A stretch of 56,476 bases of DNA, the filler included, from Perkinsus olseni (Eukaryota): the NCBI GenBank assembly GCA_013115125.1. It is 2 parts of 2 records of this genome, joined end to end, with 100 filler letters (N's around TTAATTAATTAA, not from the genome) between each part and the next. Parts side by side here need not be neighbours in the genome. Positions count along the whole stretch, not along the records: positions 28,307 to 56,476 come from JABANN010000454.1; 1 more part is not named here. One strand, 5' to 3'. A model generated the notes under the pieces. That model ran no database searches, was not told where the DNA came from, and worked only from the letters and a program-made list of their open reading frames with translations. The position numbers and the translations under genes are program-made. Below are positions 35,311 through 48,261 of the stretch, piece by piece (the stretch's first letter is position 1; each line of letters opens with the position of its first letter).

Positions 35311-37370
35311 CCTTGGCTCAAGTTGAAATCAAATGCATAATCATACCTGAGTCTATCCACCTCAAGAGTAGTGGAGATGATGGTATGATAATTATCATAT
35401 TATTACCCTATAGCCTCCTCGTCCTCCTCTATCTCATCCTCACTACCATCCCTTCCCGATGTTGTGGTGTTACTAATAACAACATACACATAATACTACT
35501 ACTACTCTAAGACTCCCTTTAACATTACCTTGTGTTGTCGGACACAACAGTAGTGCTATTAGAAGTAGATGTTATCGGTGTAGGGGGCGTGACGGGGGGC
35601 GGGGTCTTATCTATCACCACCGATTGCTGCTGCTGCTGCTGCTGCTGCTGGCGGTGGTGATGGTGGTCAGTGACGGTCCTCCTCCGACTACCACGTAGTA
35701 GCCTAGATCTCCTCTCTTCTATGATACCATCGATAAGCCCCCTCATATCATCACGTATATCATTCAAGGTACTGCGATGATCATGATCATGATGACGATG
35801 ATGATACTCATCATCATAGTCATCACCACAATCGAATGATGATGATGATGATGATGATGCTTGTTGTTGTTGTTGGGGGCAGGGAGGAGGGCATGGGTCC
35901 TTGTTGATATATGCTGATGTATATTCCACATCATCATCACCACCATCACAAGGCCTCCCACTACTACTACTAAGACTATAATCACCACCACCAACCTCGT
36001 CTTCCTCGTCAATATCATCATCATAGATTATTATATTATTAAACTTTGGTTCGGATGGGTGCCTACCATAAATTACGATAATCACATCGTTGAGTTTGAT
36101 GAGTATTACGTTATAGCCACAGCAGGTAGTTGTGCAGTAGTTCCCGTCCCTGATGGACGGGCCATAAGTGAGGGGGTTGGGGCAGAGGTTGGGGCAGCGG
36201 CACCCCCTGAGGGTACGGGAGGGGTGAGGAGCACTGTAGGGGATACTGTAGGGTATGTTGTTGGTGAGGTTGGTTGGGTATTGGGCAGAGGGGCAGCATC
36301 AGCGGAGGGTGAATGGGGGCGCACAGCAGTAGAAGGCATGGCAGGAGGTGCAGGGTTGTTGTTGTTGTTGTCTCCTGGCGGGGGATATGGTGTAATCCCT
36401 GCCTGTGGTGGTGGTTGTTGTTGTACATACCTGGGCAGAATGATGGTATATTGGAATGATGATGATAATGGAGGCTACTACCAAGGTGGTGGCATTGGCA
36501 TTATGATGATGTTATGATTCTCAGTCTGCTGCTGCTGCTTGAGAGGTGGGGATGGTGTTGTAGTTGTACTTGTAGTAGCGGCAGTGGGTACAGGGGGCGC
36601 ACGAGTATTGTAACAAGAAGGGAAGAAGAGTTCTGAGACAACGATGTAGAGTACCACTATCGATGAGAGTACGATAAGGTTACCAAGTATTGTATTATAA
36701 GCCCTATCGAAGGTTATACCATCCCACCTCGAGTAGGTACCTACAAGTATCTTCATGTTCTAGTGTTAGGTAGGCAACAACAATGTTTGTAGTGCTCATG
36801 CTCATGCTGCTGCCCGAGACCTTATTACAATCATCATAATCGAGTATACTGTTCGTAAAGACAACCCCCTCCTCCTGCTGCTGCTGCTGCTGCTGCTGCT
36901 GTTGGGTGTAGCATGGAGTGTGGTAGGGTAATGGACCCCAGATTGACCATGGCATCCTGCCACTACTACTACTCCGTACATGGCCAGCTGTAGCATCACC
37001 ATCATAGTAGTAGTAATCATCATTGTTATACCACATATCATCACTGAGAAGGGAGTGAGTTATAATAATAGCCCTCTACCATCACACGCCCACTACTACC
37101 CCTCATTACCTCATTGTCATGCTCGTCAAGGATGGATCTGCTACCTGCTGTACTGCTGTTAGATCACATGCTGCACAGTGAGGTATAGGGTAGTAATGGT
37201 GGTGATAATACGGTATGAGGTAGTGTCTGATGAGGGTGATGCGTGAGTAGTAGTAGTAGTGATGGTAGTACTGTAGGAGTAATTGTCCAGCATTATCTGG
37301 ATCACATGTTACCCTTCTTATACATGTATCATCATATGCAGTGTGCAGGGATGCTGCCTCCCTACCACTG

Positions 37371-37424
<54 letters not shown>

Positions 37425-37486
37425 CGACCTTCTACTACTAGTAATAGTAGTAGAGGTACTAGTAGTGTAGGTAGATAGACTTTCAT
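35230..37486 (-). CDS. Hypothetical type-I membrane/secreted protein, low complexity
   Basis: Signal peptide [20 protein letters not shown], poly-Ser, Cys-containing exons, a TM segment (LIVLSSIVVLYIVVS) and a Pro/Thr-rich tail. The 3' end is approximate. Confidence 0.5.
37370..37422. repeat. (CTA/TAG)n microsatellite encoding poly-Ser
   Basis: Read directly. Confidence 0.9.
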
Positions 37487-37715
37487 TCTACTGATGGGAG
37501 TAGTGGTGACGATAGTGTTGTTGTTGTTGTTGTTATTGATGTGGTAGTGGAGGCCGCCGGGGCAGCATGGTAAAGATACGATTATAAGAAACGGTACTGT
37601 AGTAGTAGTAAGAATCCAGCACTACTAGTGAGGATAACAACACAACAACAACAAGTGTAGACGTTGATGTTGGCTCCTACTACCACCACCAGCAGCAGCA
37701 GTGGTAGATACGACC

Positions 37716-38344
37716 TATTGTGATGTAGTAGTGGCCGAGAGTTGCCTTAATATTTGTGCCACTAATACACCATTAGTGTCAGGGTGGGTAGACTGGATGA
37801 ATTTGTAGTAATACTTACTTGAGTTGAAGTATCTGATAATAATACCATACCATACACTACTCCTACTACTACTACTACCATATCATTATTACTTATTATC
37901 AACACCCTGCTTCAGGAACTTACTCCTTATCTCAGCCTCATCCATAACCCCCTCACAGGACCATTGTAGTCCGGGTACTTTCCTGATATGCATCATACCA
38001 GTAAGCAGGTGTGATACGAAGGGGGGAAGACCTACTTAGCGTTCTGCAGGTCCTCTGCTGACAGCTCTGATGTCGATACTTTGCCTAAAGACAACAACAA
38101 CGCTGGTAGTCGTGGTCGGCGTGGTTGGGGAGGAAAATACTCCATCATGATGATCATGATTACCTTCATGTAATAACCTATTAAGCTTAGCCTTCCTCTT
38201 CTTTCCTATTACTACCACTCCTCCTTCAGTTGTTGTCTTGGATACCCTGCCACTAGGCTTATCCACTACGGACCTCACCCTACTGGGGTATCTTCTCAGT
38301 GGTGCTATACCAAACATTGATGATTTGCATCTATGCTTCGCCAT
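37716..38344 (-). CDS. Small basic hypothetical protein
   Basis: ORF MAKHRCKSSMFGIAPLRRYP.. plus plausible downstream exons (MHIRKVPGLQWSCEG..). Confidence 0.35.
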
Positions 38345-38487
38345 CTAATAGCAAGGGACAACAACAACTAAGGGGGTACGGCTCTACCGACAATAACAAC
38401 AACAACAACACTACAGGGATGAATGATGAAACGGATAGAAATGATGATGATGATCAATAGGGATGGGCCTCGTTGTTGTTGTTATGA

Positions 38488-41185
38488 CTAAGCCATCAAT
38501 GCCTTGACTACCTCATTAACCTGTAGTTTCCGAAGTTGCGTGTATCTGTCGAGTAATGATCATGATGGTAGTAGCATCACTGTTGCTGCTGCTGTTGCTG
38601 TTGCTAGTGTTATTACTTTTGCCCAGTACCAACAAATACTATCGGTTGTCCAGTTATGTATACCATACTTAATGCAGCACCAACCTTATCATCAACAGTA
38701 TCATATTTAGTTAATAAGATACCATCAACACCTCTAGGATTACCGGGACCTGCAGTAGTAGCAGTCACCACAACCATCACTACCACCGCCTGCCGACATT
38801 ACTGAGTGAATAGTCCATCAATGCTCTGTTGAACTTGGTAAGTTGATCAATAGCATCATACCCAACCAATGCCTCCCCTACGAAGAGTATTAGATCGGGA
38901 TTGTTGACTGCTACTAGCCTGGCCAAGGACTAAACATAAGCATCATCACGATGATGATGTTGTTGTATTATCGTTGTTGTGAGCACCTTCATCAAAGGTT
39001 CATTATCCTGCATCCTACCAGCAGTATCGATGAGTACAACATCATAGGCATTCTGCTTAGCGTAGTACAAGCCCTGCTTAGCGATATCAGCGGCGTCCTT
39101 ACCGTACCCTCTCTCGAATAGATCAACATTCAAACATCTAATAATGCCAACAACAACATCAACAACAATAGTAGTAGTAGGAGCAATAAAAGGCCTATAT
39201 TAATAATAGGCACTACCTAGCATGGGTCTTCAACTGTTCTACTGCACCAGCACGGAAGGTATCACATGCGCAGATCAATACTCGTAGGCCTCCCTTCTTT
39301 CGAAGATAGTATGCTACCTTAACAGGGAGGTCCTGGGGGGGAGGGCTGGGGCTAAGGATTACCTTTGACAGATTAGTACTCTTACCAACACCATTCACTC
39401 CTAAGAATACTATACTATACCTACAGTGGTGATGATACCACTCCAATAGTAATGTATCCGTGATGACTGGTAGTACACTTGTCCATTAGCCTTTGCCTGC
39501 ATAGCAGCCCTCAATACATCAACTGACTTCTTAGGTGTGAGTATACGTGATATTGACTGCGTTAATGCCTCCTTAACGGTAGTATGTATGGACTTGAATT
39601 GCCCAGTACGAGTACCAACCTACAACTACTACCACTACTACTACTACTACTAGTAGTAGTAGGAGGGGGAGGAGAGACTACTACCAAGGAGTTGGCAACA
39701 CCATCAGCTATGGCGTTGGCTACATCCATAGCAACATTCTTAGACATCAACTGCTCACGGAATGTTGCTAATACTGGTTGTAGATCATCATCAGTGAGGA
39801 CCTGATTATGATAATAATAACACCATCAACAACAACAATACCATCTATCCACAGTACTACTATTTACCAGTACCTGATTTCCTGTTATGTTCTTCAGTTG
39901 ACGAGTTAGTGTAGCAAATATACCATTAGACGTGGCCTTCTCCTCCAGATCTAATGATGATGATCATCATAACTACTACTATGACCACGAGTATACTGGT
40001 AATGGTACCATCCTTAGCCATATCATCAGTAGTGGTGATATCATCAACACTATCCTCATCCTCATCCTCTGATGGTAGATAAGTCCTCCTAGCTGCCTTC
40101 CACTGTTCATCATCTTCGTCCTCATCCGTACTGGTTACACCCTTCTTGGACATATCCAATGCTTTCATAGTCTCACTAGTGACTTTACCAGTATCCCATA
40201 CCCTACCACTCTTCTTACTACCTACAACTACCCTCATCAGGAGTACCACACAATGAACACTACTACCCTTCTTCTTTTTATCTTGGCCATCTCCTCCTTC
40301 TCCTCCCTCCTCTTCACTAGACACCTTACCTAAACCATCCCTACTACCATCATCCATACACCGTCCTCCCATCACTACCCTTATTAGACGCTGATCGTGG
40401 TCCAGCCTTCATTCTCATTCTCAGCTTCCTCCTAGCCTCCTCCATTATTGCCTCTTTACTGCCTGGCTTATCCTCGTCCTCATCATCATCCTCATCGTCA
40501 TTACTCTCCTCTACCATATGACCACGCTGCTGCTGTTGTTGTGGTATCGTATTATTCCTTTCCTTCTTTCTCATGGCCTTCACCTCCCTATCAGCCTTGA
40601 CCAATATCTTATCAACCCGTACCTATCACTACTACCCTATCATCATCACTATCATAACCCCCTCTACCTTGAATGCCTCCTTATCCTTCAATGGTTGTAA
40701 GTCCTTCATACTCTCTATACTGGTGCCAATAACCGATAAAAACTCCTGCATCATCACCATACGAGTACAGTGTACAATGGCAGCATAACAATATGGTTAC
40801 CTTAGTCAACATATCTAGTAGATAATTGAGGTACAGCTGTTTAAGTACCCCCTCGTAAGCCACTACCAGTACTGAGCATCATAACATCATCGGTAATACT
40901 ACTAGTACTAATATCACCAATATTACTTAGCCCTATACTATTGATACTCCTCCATTTCATACTATACCTTTCCATCTTGTCCTCATAAATACAATCCCCA
41001 CCTGCCCTATCCTCAATAAGGACTTCCTTAACCTAACAGTACCACCATAATACTGCTACCAATACCATAACTTTCCTTACCAATTTATCAACATGGTTAT
41101 TGAGAGTATCCTCCTGTACACCAGCATAAGTAGCACTCCATAATACTATGCCACCTTTAGTAAAAATAGATATTCCATCAATCAT
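38488..41185 (-). CDS. SRPRA: Signal recognition particle receptor alpha subunit
   Basis: N-terminal longin [16 protein letters not shown], then [59 protein letters not shown] and FVGTGQ. Confidence 0.96.
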
Positions 41186-41328
41186 GGCGATAGTAGAAGA
41201 AGATCAGCGCAGTCGTGTTGGTAGTAAAAATATTTACTCTTGCACACTCGAGCAATCTTGCATTTCCTCAACACTCTCGCATGAGACCTACCAAGGTGAT
41301 GTTGTCCAGTCTCGTCCAATGTTGAATA

Positions 41329-43633
41329 ATGGTATCTTCTTCGTCATCATCGTCTACTAATAAGAGGAAGTTACCTCCATGTGGGTTCGAGGTGGAATGC
41401 ACTAAGAAGGGCGCAGCACCGATGAAGATAGAAAAGAGGAATAAAGGGAAGAAGGTAGAAAGAAGGAATACAGTAGAATAAGATGAAGTTGATAGTAATG
41501 TAGGTAACGGTTATTACTAATGTTAATGGTGATAATAGAAAACTAGTAACGCATTTAAAAACGATATTGGGAGTAGGGGGTACCACACAAGGCAATACTA
41601 CTGTTGAAATACAGGTAGGGATGATGGTCTGTAGGAGTTGCGGAAGTTTTGGTATGATTATTAGGGGGATCATGTTGACCAAGTATTAGTAGAATTAAAG
41701 CGATTACATGCAATAAAGGGTTTGAAGACGACAGATGATAGTGACATGAGTAGTGGTGGTGATAAGAGGAATAAGAAGAATAAGGAAGGTGAGAATAACA
41801 CGCATTACCCGTACGGTCAACATCATCATCGTCATTACAGAGGTTACGATAATACCCAATCGGACGGGGTATGAGGACTTCTTAAAGGAGACCTCGGTAG
41901 GAGGCAAGAGTCGAAAGATGGAAGATTACAACTACGATGCTGTAATAGCGATGCTCATCATGCTGCTGCTGCTGCTGCTGCTGTTATGTACCCGATCTAC
42001 AGATACCGATGCCCGAATCATGTAAGAGATTACATGGTGATGATTATATATACTGTACACGTAAAAATAATAATACCACAACTTCTTCTACACGTAGCTG
42101 CTGTCATCATCAGGGGACTGCCATGATGTTGATTTATCCGATGTATTTGATGGTTATGACGATTTTTATACTGATAGTAGTGATCGCCATCATGATGGTA
42201 ATATGGAAAATACCCACCCCCATGCATACGCTGCTCATCTTCCAGATAGTAGTGGTGAAGATGGTGTAACCACTCCCAGTAGTAAGATGACTGATAATGA
42301 GTTGGATAAGGCCTACCATAACCTAGGCATGGCTGCCGAGACTGGGCCTGCTATTTTCGATTTTGATGAGGAGAAAGCCAAGAGACGTAATGCATGATGG
42401 TGGTCGTAGTGGGGTTATTACTATCATGGTGTTGCAGAGGAGAAGTTGATGGAACAACAAGAGGAGTTACGGAAGAATAACCTGATAGCGAGGGAGGCTA
42501 GGTTAGCCGAGATTGAGGTAATAACATCACCGGAGGGTGGTGAACATGATGATGGTTGGTAGGAGGAGGATAGACAACATAAAGAGAGGATGAGATGGGA
42601 ACAGAAGGAGAGGGAGAAGAGAATATTAGTAAGAATTAGAAAGAGGAGGATACTACTACTACTAGCAGCAGCAGGAGTATGGCTGTGGGGTAGGCACGGT
42701 ATGAACTAGAACAGAAGAGGAAGGCCCAATGGAGGCATACTATTGAGAAATCAGCAGGGGCGAAGGAGCTAGCAGCGAGACAAGTGCATTTTAGGTGGGG
42801 GGGGTGGGGGGGGGGATTAGGGAGGGGTCCTTGGTGTTCGACATCCACGTCGTAGATGGAGACGTCAATTCGACTTCGACCCCAGTAAAGTACAGACCGT
42901 TGAATCTGGAAGGAAGGGAAGGTAACAACAACAACACCCTACCCCTGCCACCATTAACAACGTACATGATTACTACAGGGTGATGGTGGTATTGGACAAG
43001 AATGGTAATGATCCAACCCGTAATGGTACAGGAGATGAGCTAACACCAGAGAGTCTCGAGGCTTTGTAAGCATACCACTACCACCACCGACTGCCACTAC
43101 CATCGCCACTCCTTGTTGTTAGGTATGAGTTTGTATCAATGTTTGAAGGTGTGGAGACAGTTACTGAGTTGAGTAATGCAGTTGTAGCAACATTCCATAC
43201 CCCACAGGAGGCCCAGGATTGTATACAAGTAGCACAGGATAACGCTGATATACAGGTCTCAAGGGCAGCAACAGCAGCTGTCACTAAAGGCCTTAATGTT
43301 AGAAAGGTGATAATAATGGGAAGACGATTATGCCAGTAGTAGTAGTGGTGTATAGGTGAATCCAGTAAAGGCAGCAGAGAAGTATGGTAAAATGGTAAAG
43401 AGAAACGAGAAGGCTAAGAGGACTGCATATGAAGAACAGATATTCTATCAATTATGTGAAGATAATAGTAATACAAGTATGGTAGTTGGGGGAGGAGTGG
43501 TACTCATTGTTCAGGAGCATTACTGGATGACCTGGGGCTGAGTAGTGATTCCAAATTATTATCATCGACCTTCTATTCCTTCCTCGATGCCATGGATGAC
43601 ACCAACCCCGACGCCATGAGTTTATCATCGTAA
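41329..43633 (+). CDS. SUI1/eIF1 (YciH/mL49-like) domain protein with coiled coil and C-terminal RRM-like domain
   Basis: Spliced: GFEVECTKKGAAPMKIEKRNKGKK/VTVITNVNGDNRKLVTHLKTILGVGGTTQGNTTVEIQ/GDHVDQVLVELK. Later exons are E/R/K-rich, followed by VMVVL..ESLEALYEFVSMFEGVETV..AVVATFHTPQEAQDCI. Confidence 0.7.
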
Positions 43634-43661
43634 TAATAATACTCACAACGACCGTCGTATT

Positions 43662-43692
<31 letters not shown>

Positions 43693-43704
43693 CCAACCAC
43701 AGGT

Positions 43705-44420
43705 ATGAGGGTATATACAAGGAAGCTATACAAACAGCATCATATGATACTATCAACAATAACAACAAGAACAGTAATAATAATGATACGTCCTTGTCCA
43801 GCATCGTTGTTAACAACAGGTGGCAGCAGTAGTAGCAGCAGCGCCCCTCCCCCCTCACCAACCCCACCTTCATCATCGCTTTACCACCGTAGTATCCAAG
43901 CTGGATCCTCCTCCTCCTCCTCATCTAAGAAGAGAGCACCTAGACATAATACTAGTGGTAAGTATTGACACTACTAAGCCGTAGTAGTAGTAGTACTATC
44001 ATCATCCCTGCTAGGTAGCAAGCCCCCAAAATCAGGAGGTGTGGACTTTAGTGGTTATCAAATGATGGTACCAGCAGGCATGAAGGATGAGCTAGTCTAT
44101 GATGGTAGTAATGATACCTATCCCTTCAGGATGATTGTGATGGTAACACTGTATGATCTTTTCCTCCATCATCATCATTCAGGGTTATGGAATAACGCCA
44201 AGTATTGGAGTAAATTCGGTGAGATGTTAGATCTAGGCCTGACACTCGAAGATAGTCATCAGATGGCTAAGGAATATGTAGTATTATCCATGATGATGTA
44301 CGAGTAGGGAAAGGAATGGTTAAATGTTAGATAAACGAACTGAACAATCCGAGACGGCATCGTAATCCACCAGAAGAGTTGGAACAACAACAACCCCAGC
44401 GACAACAACAAGAAGAAGCG

Positions 44421-44462
<42 letters not shown>

Positions 44463-44620
44463 ACAGCAGCAGAGGTGATGTCGTCCATCCTGTAGAATTG
44501 CTCCTTATTACTACCGTTCAGGTTGGTGAGTGTCCAGTATGTGGCAAGGGTGGTATACCTATGTCGGATCTTCAACGTCATGTTAATCAGTGTCTTGAAG
44601 GCAGCAGCTGATAACTACTG
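43705..44620 (+). CDS. Hypothetical protein
   Basis: Exon-like ORFs (DFSGYQMMVPAGMKDELVYDG; LWNNAKYWSKFGEMLDLG) separated by GT-AG introns. Ends approximate. Confidence 0.4.
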
Positions 44621-44915
44621 CGTCCTGCTGCCCTCAGTATGAAGGCAGCAGCATTGACAGTACTATGTATGAGTGTATCATCACCATATAGTAGCATTAT
44701 GTTACTCTTCACCATCATAGTCATCATAAACCTTGGTAGTATTCTCCTTATCATTTCTACCTTCTACCACAATTCCCCCGATTGTCGTTGTTGATGATGC
44801 TTGATAATTATCCTCCTCATAGTTTCTGATAATGCTCATGTACTCTTGTTGTCAATACCATCACTACCATACCCGCCGTCGCCGCCGCTACCCCTCTTAA
44901 CACAATAACATAAGG

Positions 44916-45665
44916 ATGCCACCACCACCACCACCATCTTGGATAATATCAAAACAGAAGATGGATAAGTTAAGTATTGGTAAGAACTCTGATCTGTCAC
45001 TTATACTAAACAGAAGGACTAAGAATAAACTGGACATGCTTGCTGATGTAACAACAACAACATCTGGCGACGTTCTATCAGCACCTTTTACTAGGTATTG
45101 ATAGATGCTTGGATGGAAGACCCAGCCGCTAAAGACAACGATACCTATCATATCACCTTGCCGCCCACGGACAACTCTAGTCATCGCACTACTACCACAC
45201 CATCGTCATATCACAGCTATGATGATATAACAGAGGATGCTATCAATGATAAAAGGGAATTTATCAAGTCTGCTTGCATCACCTATGGCGTGTAATGAAG
45301 ACCAACCCCATCTTACCATCCTCAGCATCATCATCATTGTTAGATATGATATTGGTATGTTGTTATCAATGAGTAACACTCTATGGACGGGCATGGGCAT
45401 CAAAGGTAGTAGATGAGTAGTAGGGGTTGGTAGTAGTAGTGCTGATTACTGCAGGACGGTTGGCAATAGCCAAGAGGTCTGCACTACGATATATGCAACA
45501 TAAAGCATCATCGATGGATAGGGCCGAGTTATGGTCAGCGATGGCGACACGGCAGAGGTGAGGCGGGGAGAGGCGGTACTGAAGTAGTCATGCTAACAGG
45601 CCGATAGACAAGATGAGGAGTATTAATATACCTGTAGAGATGGATTGCAGATTATCCATATGATG
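44916..45665 (+). CDS. Hypothetical protein
   Basis: Exon chain MPPPPPPSWIISKQ / LIDAWMED..FIKSACITYG / YDIGMLL / LAIAKRSALRYM..ELWSAM. Confidence 0.4.
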
Positions 45666-45811
45666 ATAGTCTATCATGTTCACCATCATGTTCACCTCTA
45701 CCCGTCATCATCATTATCATCATCCCAGGCATCATCATTTATCAATGTGCTATGATATAGACAGCAGTAGTTGTGTTAGTGAGTCGTAACGACATCATTA
45801 TCATCATCATC

Positions 45812-47494
45812 ATGCTACTACCCACCAGAAGATCAGCTGTTGAATGTCCTATGTCTGACGATAGTACACACACCTCCTCCTCCTCCTTTCGCATACCATC
45901 ATGCAGCATACTAACCCTATTATCGTCTCTACTGCTCTTGATACTCGTCACCTGTATTACTGTATCTTTGACAAGTGTTATGATGACAATACAAGTAATG
46001 ACAGTGATGGGTATAATGGTAGTGCCCCCTTACTCAACTAAGATACCTACTACTGCTCCCGATTGGCTGCATTACCCGGGGTCATATGACGGGGAGAAGG
46101 GGGAGGATTATGAACTACAAGAGCTACGGGCACGGGTTAGGGTATTGGAAGAGGAAATCAGCCGACACCAGTCAGGGGGGTAAATGATGATGGTGACGTG
46201 TAGGGTGATACGGTAATGATGTTAGGCAAGCATCATCACTAGGAGGAGGAGGGGGACTGTCCTTGCCTTCCATCGGCAAAGTAACAGAGACTAGACAAGT
46301 CCAGTTCATACCACCATTAATAAATCATTATCATCATCATACTGTTGATACCGCAACTAGAGATAATGATAGTAGTGCCGCTGATCCCTTATGTAAGGGA
46401 ATAACACTACGGATAGCATCAATAATACCACCAAGAGCCGTATTGTATGATGAGGTAGGGGGCAGCAGGGGTGGGCGTATATAATGATAGTATCTTAGGA
46501 TGGTACACCATCACACCAGAAGATACCACCTATCATATGGCAGACATATAAGACATCACGCATGCCGGACAGGATGGCACAGAATGCATTTAATTGGGCT
46601 GGGATGAATCCAGAGTACCAGGACCACCTCTTCCACGCTGAGCATGGGTCAACCTCAGATACGCTTATCGCTTTTTTGATGACAACCTCGCTAGAGAGTA
46701 TCTCGTGTCATCTGATGCTCTGCCAGTATCAACATCAGATATCAAGAATGCACTAGACCAGCTACCGAGGATGTTCCAGAATGGAGCTGGCGTTGCTATG
46801 GCTGATATATGGCGTCTTGCGGTGAGTATGCGGTGAGGCTAAGCCTCACCAGCCTGTAGGTACTGTATGAGTATGGTGGGGTGTATGCTGATGTGGACTC
46901 GATAATAGTGAACCCCCTGAGACGATGGGTAGATCCCCATGCCACTGTCGTTACTAGTATCGAAGCTGGAAGATTCATCGCACAGTATGTGATGATGTTC
47001 CGTCCGAAGCACCCTGTCACTAAGGTACCCAAGATCACGGTATGCCGAGGTACTGTTGCTGATTCAGGAGGCCCTCCGATCTGCTGTGAGGAATATCATC
47101 AACAGAACACCATCTTCCTTGGCCAAGTTCCCTGATACTCTCGAAGCTTATACAGGGCCAGCTGTTGTTAAAGGGGCATTCGATACGGTGATACAGCAGC
47201 AGCAGGGTTCGTGTATCATCCCTTGTTAGTGGCTGTCGGCTCACAATCAGCAACTAGTGGCAAGTGATAAGCCGATCGTGATCGGAGAGGATGTTGTACA
47301 CTCTACCATGACTCCTGAGCCATGCTCATCATCATCATTGGTAGATACGGGTATTCGAGGATGTTGGATTCTCTGGTAACGTAAAATTCAAGGATGGTAA
47401 GTATCATGCTGATCTGAAGAAATGCAATCAAGGACATTGGCTGTATGGATGGTATAGAAACAGTGCTGATAAACAAAAGAAAAGGAAGAAGTAA
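45812..47494 (+). CDS. Glycosyltransferase family 32 (OCH1/SUR1-like, DxD motif), type II membrane
   Basis: TM anchor and stem, then KIPPIIWQTYK, MNPE/YAYRFFDD, AMADIWRLA/VLYEYGGVYADVD, PKHP and YTGP. Confidence 0.85.
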
Positions 47495-48013
47495 AATGAA
47501 GAGAAGAATGCTAAAGGCTGACAACATGCTGTCAATACTCATGAGTATGTTGAGTTTGTCCATACGAGTATCGCTAGTGGTGGAGTGACCATGATCGTCA
47601 ACAGCAATAGAAGCCCTCGCCAACTTAGGACCCTCCCTGAGTTTCAACCCGTCTATCAGTCTTGTGGCAGACGATCACCTCCGATTACCTATTGCCTGAT
47701 GGATCTCGGATTATCGGTAAAAGACACTTTTCATTCTCGTAGGCTCGGGGTGATATTGTTGTGTGAGCCAGAAGATAAATCGATGACTATGAACGCAAGA
47801 ACGACGTGTAGATCGGCAGTAGGGTCAATAAAATGAGTGCAAGGACAGTAGTTATGGTCCCATGCTAAGAAACGTATCAACTTTATCAATGTGCTGCTCA
47901 GCTATCTGATGATAAGCATTAGACTCTCTGTCTTCGTCGTCGTCGTCGCCTGCTGCTGCTACCGATCCTCCCTCATACAGCAGTCATCCTCTGATGATGC
48001 TGCTGCTCCCGTC

Positions 48014-48188
48014 TTATTGAGCAGCAGCTCCCCTTTGGCGTCCCAGTTGTTGAGCATTCTGTATCCGTGCTACTGCCTGTGCCACTACACCCCGATTATT
48101 CCTCTTGTTGTTGTTGGCGCCGCCGCCGGCGGCCTTCCCTTTCCCTCCTCCCCTACGGTTAGCTGCTGGCTGCTGCTGCTGCTGCTGC

Positions 48189-48261
<73 letters not shown>

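Noticed and set aside
35312-35322. CTTGGCTCAAG, matching the 3' end of the Perkinsus/dinoflagellate spliced leader
   Set aside because: Only 11 nt, with no upstream ACCGTAGCC. It lies antisense at an exon/intron junction of a minus-strand gene.
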